A model generated the notes under the pieces. That model searched no databases, had not been told where the DNA came from, and saw nothing but the letters and a program-made list of their open reading frames with translations. A program made the position numbers and the translations under genes. Shown piece by piece: positions 18,519-25,016 of a stretch of 35,072 bases of DNA. Source of the stretch: Clostridioides phage Hain-Saunders-2022a; the sequence record CP103806.1. One strand, written 5' to 3'. The first letter of the stretch is position 1. Each line of letters begins with the position of its first letter.

Positions 18519-18712
18519 AAAAACACCTCATTTCACTTGAGTTATATAACTCTATATACCACATATTAACACGCATTTATACTCAAGTCAATATATATTT
18601 AGCTTTTTTTTAGGTTAAATTGCTCATTAAGTAGCTAAATTACGCATTAAGAAGTTGACTTTTATAAAAATAAACTGTAAAATTACTTTATGAGAGGAAA
18701 GGAGGGCAGGAA
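18519..18712. promoter_or_regulatory. divergent lysogeny/lytic switch region with a plus-strand promoter (TTGACT at 18655-18660, 17-nt spacer, TAAAAT at 18678-18683) and operator-like repeats
   Basis: Inverted repeat ACTTGAGT (18533-18540) and ACTCAAGT (18576-18583). Two direct CATTAAG repeats about 23 bp apart sit just upstream of the -35. There is a GGAAAGGAGGG RBS before the ATG at 18713. Confidence 0.6.
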
Positions 18713-19075
18713 ATGAAAAAAACATGTACTAGAATAAAGCAGTTAAGAGAATCTGAGGGAATGAGTCAAATACAATTCGGAGAAGCACTCGGAATGACTA
18801 GAGATACGGTATCAAACTTAGAAAATGGAAGAACTAAGATAAAGGAAAGTGATTTGAAATTAATAATTTCTACTTTTAAAGTAAGCGAGAGCTGGTTAAG
18901 GACTGGTGAAGGCGAAATGTTCGATATTTCAAATAAAAACACTATAAAGGCAGAAGCTTTTTGCGCAATAGACGAAAATGAAAAACTAGCCAAGGCTGTA
19001 TTGGAATTTAGCAAATTAACAGACGAGCAACTCGAATCAATTTTGAAAATTTTAGAAGTATTTTCTAAAGAATAA
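18713..19075 (+). CDS. XRE-family HTH repressor (CI-like, no peptidase domain)
   Basis: N-terminal HTH (IKQLRESEGMSQIQFGEALGMTRDTVSNLENGRTKI). It is divergent from the early operon. Confidence 0.85.
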   Translation: MKKTCTRIKQLRESEGMSQIQFGEALGMTRDTVSNLENGRTKIKESDLKLIISTFKVSESWLRTGEGEMFDISNKNTIKAEAFCAIDENEKLAKAVLEFSKLTDEQLESILKILEVFSKE

Positions 19076-19108
19076 AAAGCTATCATCTCAATTTTGATAG
19101 CTTTTTTA
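19076..19108 (+). terminator. intrinsic terminator (AAGCTATCA / TGATAGCTT stem followed by a T6 run)
   Basis: Perfect 9-bp inverted repeat immediately after the repressor stop codon, followed by TTTTTT. Confidence 0.7.
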
Positions 19109-19550
19109 TATGTACACATTTATTTTTTAGTTTTTTTCCTTAAGTATAAATAAATAATTTCTAATAATTCTCTATCCCCAATCGAATCTATCATTTTTTT
19201 TATTTCTTCTTTCAAATCAATCATCCCCCTATATATATTAGTAGAATAATACATTCTTAAATTGTAAAAAAATAACTTACAATTTCAATTATACCCCTTT
19301 TTGTTCGATTGCACAAGAACATATGTACGATTTTTTGTCGTAATTAATTCTTTATACTACAATAATAGTACCTTTTATCGGATTTTGCTAGTGGAAAATA
19401 ATTCCAATTCAAAATACATTGAATTTTCTTGCATTAAAAAATCGTAGGGTCAAATTTTCTAATCTTTTATTTAAGAAGTAATATAGCTAAATAGGCATTT
19501 TAAAGTATTATATCTTAGTTATTTTTTAGTTTAACTGGTTAATTCTTATC

Positions 19551-19614
19551 AAAAAGTCAGTCGAGTAGGAATTTATATATATATATATATTAAATCCTAC
19601 TCGACTGACTTTTT
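19551..19614. terminator. hairpin 1 (20-bp perfect stem AAAAAGTCAGTCGAGTAGGA / TCCTACTCGACTGACTTTTT, (TA)9 loop), bidirectional terminator-like
   Basis: Read directly from the sequence. An A-run precedes it and a T-run follows, so it would terminate transcription from either strand. Confidence 0.6.
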
Positions 19615-19785
19615 GTTCTTAGATGCAAATTTCTAGTTGCTCTATTAATTCAGTTTCTTTTTCAATTTTAAGTTCCTTATCTAGTTCTTTATTTAAGAAA
19701 CAATGTAGTTAAATAGCAACTTTGAAGTATTTTTCAAATATTATATCTTAGTTATTTTTTTGTTTCAACTGGTTAATTATTATCA

Positions 19786-19854
19786 AAAAGTCAACGGGTC
19801 TGACTTTAATATATATATATATATATATACTAAAATCAGACCCGTTGACTTTTT
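19786..19854. terminator. hairpin 2 (19-bp perfect stem AAAAAGTCAACGGGTCTGA / TCAGACCCGTTGACTTTTT, (TA)11 loop)
   Basis: Read directly from the sequence. The stem sequence differs from hairpin 1, but base pairing is fully preserved. Confidence 0.6.
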
Positions 19855-20021
19855 GTTTAGATGCAAATTTCTAGTTGCTCTACTAACTCTATTTCTTTTT
19901 CAATTTTTAAGTTCTTTATCAAATTCAATAGTTAAGAAACAACTTAGTTAAATAGGCACTTTGAGGTATTTTTCAAATATTATATCTTAGTTGTTTTTGT
20001 TTTAACTGGTTAATTGTTATC

Positions 20022-20085
20022 AAAAAGTCACGGGGTTAGGAATTTATATATATATATATATTAAATCCTAACCCCGTGACTTTTT
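20022..20085. terminator. hairpin 3 (20-bp perfect stem AAAAAGTCACGGGGTTAGGA / TCCTAACCCCGTGACTTTTT, (TA)9 loop). This is the terminator of the helicase gene.
   Basis: It starts 3 nt after the helicase stop codon (20088) on the minus strand. The U-tract is UUUUUGAU. Confidence 0.7.
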
Positions 20086-20087
20086 GA

Positions 20088-22325
20088 TTAAATACAGATT
20101 TCTAATTGTTCTGTTGACTCTGCTTCTTTTTCTTTTTCAATTTTAAATCCTATATCAAATTTATTGTTTAAAAATGCTTTTTCAATTTCATCTAATCGGT
20201 TTAACAACTTTTGTTTTCTTGTGCTTATAGCATTTCTTAAACTTAAATCATTTTTTTCCAATTTTAAATCCTTTTCTATATCCTCTATTTTTATATATCT
20301 TTCAATCTTGTTTATTCGCATCCTGTCATTGTCTATAAATTCAATATCGGGCTTATTGTTCTTGTAATATGAATAATTTTCTAACGCTTCAAAGTTTCTG
20401 TGTTGCTTGACTTTCACTACAAATATATTTTTTAAGATAGTTCCTAGTTTAGTGGTTGTTAACTTCCAATCATCTCCTAGAATTATACCTAAATCGTTAC
20501 TTAACTCTTGTAAATTGCATTCTGTATAAGCTGTTCCAACACCAAATAATTTGTCTATGTAGTTATATGCAACAACTTCTATTAAGTTATCATTTAGCAA
20601 ATTTGGATGTTCTTCTTTTAACTCTCTGTAGATGAGATTATTTATTTTATTAAATATATTACCTCTCTTATTGTTGCCCATGTTGGCAAGTTTCCAGGAT
20701 AACCCTAAACTATAGTTATGTTCAAGTACATATTTAGAAAATAGTTCAATTTCGTTGTAACAGTCCGCTTTGTCGATTAAATAATCTATATTATACTTAA
20801 TGTGTGCCTGCTTATAATCGTCCTCTGTTATTTTATTATAATTCATATAGGTCATTAGGTTAAAATCCTTAGAACCCCTTTTAATTTGCTCGTAGCCAAC
20901 TAGATATTTTTTGTTTTCTTCTAAAGTTTTTAATGTAGCTTTCTTAATTTCTTTTAAAACTTCTTTGTATTCTTTTATTTGCTGTGTTGTTTCTTGACTT
21001 TGTTCCTCTATATTTTCTATTTTTACATCTTTGAAATATTCTTCTAAAAGCACTTTTAAGCTTGCGATACTTCTACTATCGTAATATCTCGAGTATGTGT
21101 TACTTATAATGAATAATTTATCTATTTCATAGCATTTATTTTTAATAGAGTAATATACATTAGAGTCAAGGCTGAAAGGCATAAGGTCTATTCCGACTGT
21201 TTCAAATCCCGTTACCCTTTTGCTGTTTAATTCGTTATATAACTCTTTTAATTTGTTTGCTCTTTTAAAATTGATTTTAATTATGTCATTAACTTTGTAG
21301 ACTTTATTGTTTCCTTCTGTTTCTTTGAAATTGTTAAAAATATGCACTCTCACACGTTTCAAATCTCTAAATCTTGCAACATACTGTTTTATTGTCGCAG
21401 GGTCTTTGAACCCAACTATCACAATATCAGTTATGTCTTTATTTTTTATATTGACACCTGCCAGAATTGTTGTTGTATTTAGTAGTACTTCATATTCTTT
21501 CATGTCTGAGTGTTGTATTATTCTTTTGTACAATTCGCTTTTAATCTTAATATCTGCATGAACAATATCACTTTTTTTTGTTGTTAATTCATCTATATAT
21601 TTTAAATCTTTTTTACTGTTATAAAGAACAGCGCTATTTTTAGATTTGTTAAGAATTTCTATTATTTTATCTTTATTTATATTGTCATAAAGCCTTACAT
21701 CATATTTAGTATTTTTTTCTTTTATATACTCTATTATGTAATCATAAATTTCAAATTCCAGCTTAGTTGGTGTTGCTGTTATATCTATTCTGCCTTTACA
21801 TTTATTTACTACATTGTTGAGATTTTTTATTGCTTTTTTCCTATAAGAATCTGTGTAGGTCTGATGTATTTCATCAACAACAATTATGTAATCACTTAAA
21901 TCTATGTTTAATAATTGTTCTGTTTTATCCCATGTCATGACTGCTAGGTTTCCAGTTTTTAATGCTTTTGTCGCAGGAAGTAAGTCATATGCACCTGGTA
22001 CATCATATTCCTTCATAGCCTGTTCTACATTCGCACTGTTTGGCAATATAAATAATGCTTTTGTATTCATTTTTTTAAGCGCATTTATGAAACTATAACT
22101 TTTACCTGTTCCAGTTTCTGCAATTAACAGAACCGTCTCTCCTGCTCCTGCTCTTGCTATTGCGTTATATATTCCACTCTTTTTTTCATCTATATATTTT
22201 TTTATTTTATGCGTTTCTTGTCTTTCAAATTTTGCGTAATTTTCTATCTCTCCTAGCGCTCTTTCTAAGTCGCAATCATTTTCAAATAATTTATCTATAT
22301 TATTTTTCTTAACTTTTTCCATCAT
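20088..22325 (-). CDS. SF2 helicase (DEAD/DEAH-like ATPase core, ~350 aa) fused to a ~400-aa K/N/Y-rich C-terminal domain of unknown function
   Basis: Walker A (AETGTGKS), DEIH box (VVDEIH) and a motif-VI-like QYVARFRD. RBS AAGGGGGA. It stands alone between the repeat array and the accessory island. Confidence 0.85.
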   Translation of the reverse strand: MMEKVKKNNIDKLFENDCDLERALGEIENYAKFERQETHKIKKYIDEKKSGIYNAIARAGAGETVLLIAETGTGKSYSFINALKKMNTKALFILPNSANVEQAMKEYDVPGAYDLLPATKALKTGNLAVMTWDKTEQLLNIDLSDYIIVVDEIHQTYTDSYRKKAIKNLNNVVNKCKGRIDITATPTKLEFEIYDYIIEYIKEKNTKYDVRLYDNINKDKIIEILNKSKNSAVLYNSKKDLKYIDELTTKKSDIVHADIKIKSELYKRIIQHSDMKEYEVLLNTTTILAGVNIKNKDITDIVIVGFKDPATIKQYVARFRDLKRVRVHIFNNFKETEGNNKVYKVNDIIKINFKRANKLKELYNELNSKRVTGFETVGIDLMPFSLDSNVYYSIKNKCYEIDKLFIISNTYSRYYDSRSIASLKVLLEEYFKDVKIENIEEQSQETTQQIKEYKEVLKEIKKATLKTLEENKKYLVGYEQIKRGSKDFNLMTYMNYNKITEDDYKQAHIKYNIDYLIDKADCYNEIELFSKYVLEHNYSLGLSWKLANMGNNKRGNIFNKINNLIYRELKEEHPNLLNDNLIEVVAYNYIDKLFGVGTAYTECNLQELSNDLGIILGDDWKLTTTKLGTILKNIFVVKVKQHRNFEALENYSYYKNNKPDIEFIDNDRMRINKIERYIKIEDIEKDLKLEKNDLSLRNAISTRKQKLLNRLDEIEKAFLNNKFDIGFKIEKEKEAESTEQLEICI

Positions 22326-22410
22326 TAAATCCCCCTTATATTGCAGGGAAAATTAAAACTTATTTTCTGTTTTTTAGTATAATTTTACTATTAAAAATAC
22401 ACTAAAAAAC

Positions 22411-22439
22411 TTGATTTCTATTGCCTTATACTCTATAAT
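22411..22439 (+). promoter_or_regulatory. near-consensus sigma-A promoter TTGATT-N17-TATAAT
   Basis: TTGATT at 22411-22416, an exact 17-nt spacer, TATAAT at 22434-22439. It is divergent from the helicase gene start. Confidence 0.6.
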
Positions 22440-22446
22440 AAGAATA

Positions 22447-22557
22447 TAGGAATAAGAAAATAAGGATATTTGCGTATCCTAAAATAAGGGTCTAATTTCC
22501 CTGGGTTCGAGGAATACTATTGTTTGACGGCAAGTGAGTATTCCTCTTTTATTTTTT
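22447..22557 (+). ncRNA. candidate ~110-nt small RNA with no ORF, two hairpins and an intrinsic terminator
   Basis: It runs from the promoter above to the terminator stem GAGGAATACT (22510-22519) / AGTATTCCTC (22537-22546) followed by TTTTATTTTTTT. There is an internal hairpin AGGATAtttgcgTATCCT. No start codon gives an ORF longer than 8 codons. Confidence 0.35.
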
Positions 22558-22691
22558 TGTATATTTAAAAATCCAATTAAAAACATTCTTTTTTATGATT
22601 ATAATTATAGCACATTTAAATTATAAAAAAATATACTCTTTTTGAAAATAAATTATATTTTAAAAATATATTTTCTAAAAAACTGTATTTT

Positions 22692-22724
22692 AAAAGACTT
22701 AGTACACTTACTAAGTCTTTTTTA
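22692..22724. terminator. bidirectional terminator (AAAAGACTTAGTA cact TACTAAGTCTTTT)
   Basis: Perfect 13-bp stem with A and T runs on both sides. Confidence 0.65.
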
Positions 22725-22839
22725 TATGTAAATATATGTTATAATAATTTTAGCAAGAGAAGCAATCTATATTCAAAAAAGAGTGGAGTCTATACACGAA
22801 AGATTATCCTCCCAACGCTACGAGGGGAGGTGATGTGAT

Positions 22840-22998
22840 ATGGATAATTTTTTACTTAATGTATTAGCTGGTGTTATAGCTAGTTTAATATTCTATCTAA
22901 TTAGTAAATTATTTAGAAACGTAAAAAACCACTCTAAGTGTCCAGCAAAGAGTGGTTGGGAACTTAATCTAAAAATTAAGTTCAAAAAGTCTAGATAA
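22840..22998 (+). CDS. 52-aa membrane peptide, type-I toxin-like (MDNFLLNVLAGVIASLIFYLISKLFRNVKNHSKCPAKSGWELNLKIKFKKSR)
   Basis: Unlisted ORF with a strong RBS (GAGGGGAGGTGA). The RBS is embedded in a hairpin (CCTCCC at 22808-22813 pairs with GGGAGG at 22824-22830). There is an extended -10 TGtTATAAT at about 22740-22748. The protein has an N-terminal TM helix and a Lys-rich tail. Confidence 0.6.
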   Translation: MDNFLLNVLAGVIASLIFYLISKLFRNVKNHSKCPAKSGWELNLKIKFKKSR

Positions 22999-23052
22999 TT
23001 TTTTACTTTAGACGAAAACTACACTCTTATGCCTAGAATATAGTTCTCTTGC
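22925..23052 (-). ncRNA. candidate antisense RNA convergent on the 3' half of the peptide gene (putative antitoxin)
   Basis: Minus-strand extended -10 TGATATAAT (reverse complement of 23059-23067) inside direct repeat A. A minus-strand terminator lies inside the ORF (stem AACCACTCT/AGAGTGGTT at 22928-22960, followed by a U-run). Confidence 0.3.
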
Positions 23053-23056
23053 TTTT

Positions 23057-23103
23057 ATTATATCACAATTTCTTAAAAAAGATACGAATTTATATCATTT
23101 CCA
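23057..23103. repeat. direct repeat A (47 bp, 44/47 identical to repeat B at 23258-23304). It carries the minus-strand extended -10 promoter.
   Basis: TTATTATATCACAATTTCTTAAAAAAGATACGAATTTATATCATTTC compared with TTATTGTATCACAATTCTTTAAAAAAGATACGAATTTATATCATTTC. Confidence 0.8.
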
Positions 23104-23150
23104 GTATCCTGTCTTTTTTATTTTTATCAAAATTTATTTTAAATAATAAA

Positions 23151-23253
23151 GTAAAAAACTACTCAGACGCCAATAAGAGTAGTTCAAAATAATTAATTTT
23201 TAATCTGAATTGGAAATAACTGCTCCTGTATAAAGTAAACCCTTATTTCCTTA
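23151..23253 (-). ncRNA. candidate ~100-nt minus-strand sRNA, running from the repeat-B promoter to the hairpin AACTACTC/GAGTAGTT (23157-23184) plus a U-run
   Basis: Repeat B carries the same TGATATAAT element. A minus-strand terminator lies 100 nt downstream. Confidence 0.25.
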
Positions 23254-23257
23254 TTTT

Positions 23258-23304
23258 TTATTGTATCACAATTCTTTAAAAAAGATACGAATTTATATCA
23301 TTTC
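23258..23304. repeat. direct repeat B (second copy of the promoter-bearing repeat)
   Basis: See repeat A. Confidence 0.8.
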
Positions 23305-23402
23305 AATATACCAAATTTTTCTAAAAAAGTAGGGCAAAACCATTGTTTTTATCGTCACGTTATGCTATAATTATATTATAGAAAGGAGGTGACAAAGAGA
23401 AA

Positions 23403-23531
23403 ATGAGTAGACTAGAAAGAAAGCAAAAAAATAGAGAGAAAAGACTCAGCAAAGTTAAAATCATTCTCTCTATTCTGAGTATTTTAGTAAGCTTGATAGA
23501 TAGACTTATCAAACTACTAAAAGACTTGTAA
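23403..23531 (+). CDS. 42-aa peptide (MSRLERKQKNREKRLSKVKIILSILSILVSLIDRLIKLLKDL) with a basic N-terminus and a hydrophobic or amphipathic C-terminus
   Basis: Unlisted ORF with its own promoter: TTGTTT (23344-23349), a 17-nt spacer, TATAAT (23367-23372). It has a strong RBS (AAAGGAGGTGA) and a downstream hairpin (CTAAGAAGGAA/TTCCTTCTTAG at 23540-23567). Confidence 0.5.
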   Translation: MSRLERKQKNREKRLSKVKIILSILSILVSLIDRLIKLLKDL

Positions 23532-23608
23532 GTTTTAAGCTAAGAAGGAAGTGCAATTCCTTCTTAGTTGACTTCTTTCTTAAATTATAACACATTTTCT
23601 TGAAATGT

Positions 23609-23776
23609 ATGAGTAAAAAAGTATATAAAACATGCGTTGCTGTAATTATTTTTACAATAGTTTTAGACGTAATTCTTTTAGTAAAAGATTTTAGTATAAG
23701 TAATATAGCTGGATTGCTTATAAGTTTTTTACTACTAACATTTTTTTATTGGCAACGTAAAAAAGGTGAGTGGTAG
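23609..23776 (+). CDS. 55-aa two-helix membrane peptide (MSKKVYKTCVAVIIFTIVLDVILLVKDFSISNIAGLLISFLLLTFFYWQRKKGEW)
   Basis: Unlisted ORF that ends at the start of the AbrB-like gene. No clear RBS. Confidence 0.3.
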   Translation: MSKKVYKTCVAVIIFTIVLDVILLVKDFSISNIAGLLISFLLLTFFYWQRKKGEW

Positions 23777-23778
23777 TT

Positions 23779-23958
23779 TTGAAAGAAACAAGGATTTTGA
23801 ATATTAATTTTAACAAAAGCGGTTGTGGCTCTGTAAGTACCAGGCTGAATATACCTATTAAATTTTTACGAGAACTAGGCATAACCGAAAGCGACAGGAG
23901 TGTCGAAGTGACTTTAAATGGCGAGGAAATAATAATTAAAAAGGCTAAGAATAAATAA
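23779..23958 (+). CDS. AbrB/MazE/SpoVT-family swapped-hairpin DNA-binding protein
   Basis: RLNIPIKFLRELGITESDRSVEVTLNGEEIIIKKAK closely parallels the AbrB N-domain (RVVIPIELRRTLGIAEKDALEIYVDDEKIILKKYK). The start is probably TTG at 23779, 9 nt after AGGTGAG. The ORF track begins at the GTG at 23770. Confidence 0.75.
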   Translation: MKETRILNINFNKSGCGSVSTRLNIPIKFLRELGITESDRSVEVTLNGEEIIIKKAKNK

Positions 23959-24004
23959 CTTTTCTCTAAAAAGAGGGTTAATATTTCTTAGCCTTCTTTT
24001 TTAA

Positions 24005-24180
24005 AAAATACGATATTGTAAGCACAATATTTATATATTTTAAATACAATGTATGATGCATGATTAAAATATTGTATTTATATTGTAAAAATATTGTTTA
24101 TAAAATATTTTTACATTTCTATATATAATATTAAAATATTGTTGCAATATTGTAAAAATAATACTACAATAACATTATAA
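24005..24180. promoter_or_regulatory. array of at least 7 ATATTGT / ACAATAT motifs (palindromes ATATTGTaagcACAATAT and AATATTGttgCAATATT) upstream of parA. Candidate parS centromere and par operator.
   Basis: The motif copies are at about 24013, 24024, 24068, 24080, 24090, 24136 and 24146. Confidence 0.55.
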
Positions 24181-24206
24181 TAATATAAAAATGAGGTGTC
24201 TAAAAA

Positions 24207-25016
24207 ATGGCTGATACAAAATTAATTGTATTTTTCAATACAAAAGGCGGGATATATAAGACGACTACAACTATTATGACGGCATACGAACTTGCAAAAG
24301 ATAAAGATAAAAAAATTCTTCTTTGGGACTTAGATCAACAGGCAAATTTAACTCAATATGTTTATAAAACTAATCACGATAAAAAGACTACATTAGATAT
24401 GTTAAAAGACGTTAGGGCTGAGGAAATTATTATTAAATCTTTTAATAAATCTTACCCAAATATAGATTTAATAGCTTCCGACATTTTGATGGCTAAATTT
24501 GAAAGAGAATTATTTTCTTTCCCAGCTCGTGAACAATTTTTGGCTCGCTGGTATATGAATAATTTTGATGTATTAAGTGAATATGATTATATATTTTGCG
24601 ACTTATCTCCTAAATATGATTTGACGGCTATGAATGCTTTATTTTTAGCTGATAGTGTAGTTATTTTAATTAAAGATAAAAATGTTTCTAGCTTAAGAGG
24701 GGCAGATTATTTTAAGCAACTTTGGGATATAGATAGAAGTTATTTTAAAAAAGAGGATAATATAAAAGCAACAGTTTTAGTCGGCTTCGAAAAGAAAAGA
24801 ACGGCGGTTAGCAACACATTTGATTCTTACTTAAAAGAGTTTAATGTTTTAAGGAATATGATGTTAAATACATATATAAGAAAAAATGAGTTTATTGAGC
24901 AAGCATTAATGAAAAAATTATCTTTAACAGATTATACAAAAATAACTAAAGAGCATTTTAGTAGACAAGAGTTTACTAGCATGTTAGAAGAATTAAAAGA
25001 AAGAGGTGTGTTATAG
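24207..25016 (+). CDS. parA: ParA/Soj-family partition ATPase (deviant Walker A)
   Basis: KGGIYKTTTT deviant Walker A near the N-terminus. 269 aa. RBS AATGAGGTG. Confidence 0.9.
   Translation: MADTKLIVFFNTKGGIYKTTTTIMTAYELAKDKDKKILLWDLDQQANLTQYVYKTNHDKKTTLDMLKDVRAEEIIIKSFNKSYPNIDLIASDILMAKFERELFSFPAREQFLARWYMNNFDVLSEYDYIFCDLSPKYDLTAMNALFLADSVVILIKDKNVSSLRGADYFKQLWDIDRSYFKKEDNIKATVLVGFEKKRTAVSNTFDSYLKEFNVLRNMMLNTYIRKNEFIEQALMKKLSLTDYTKITKEHFSRQEFTSMLEELKERGVL

Larger units (their letters stand above)
19460..20150. repeat. three tandem ~236-bp direct repeats. Each contains a diverged copy of the helicase gene 3' end, a TTAACTGGTTAA-type palindrome and a long perfect hairpin with a (TA)9-11 loop.
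   Basis: The palindromes are at 19531, 19765 and 20003. The hairpins are at 19551-19614, 19786-19854 and 20022-20085. Unit 3 merges into the real 3' end of the 20088..22325 gene. Confidence 0.9.

Noticed and set aside
19760-19951. Plus-strand 63-aa ORF inside the repeat array
   Set aside because: It reads straight through the (TA)n hairpin (giving an ..IYIYIYT.. product) and has no RBS. It is spurious.
19460-20150. Tandem repeats could be a CRISPR array
   Set aside because: The units are ~236 bp long and each contains a long hairpin and gene-derived sequence. There are no short 28-37-bp repeats alternating with unique spacers and no cas genes.
22470-22560. GGGTTCGAGGAATAC resembles a tRNA T-loop (GGTTCGA), suggesting a tRNA or tmRNA-like gene
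   Set aside because: No acceptor stem, D-arm or anticodon arm can be drawn around it. The flanking inverted repeat GAGGAATACT/AGTATTCCTC plus a T-run is simply the terminator of the candidate sRNA.
23057-23070. TTATATCACA in both 47-bp repeats looked like a DnaA box (TTATCCACA)
   Set aside because: It has two mismatches plus an insertion relative to the 9-mer consensus, and there are only two copies. The extended -10 promoter interpretation on the opposite strand fits better.
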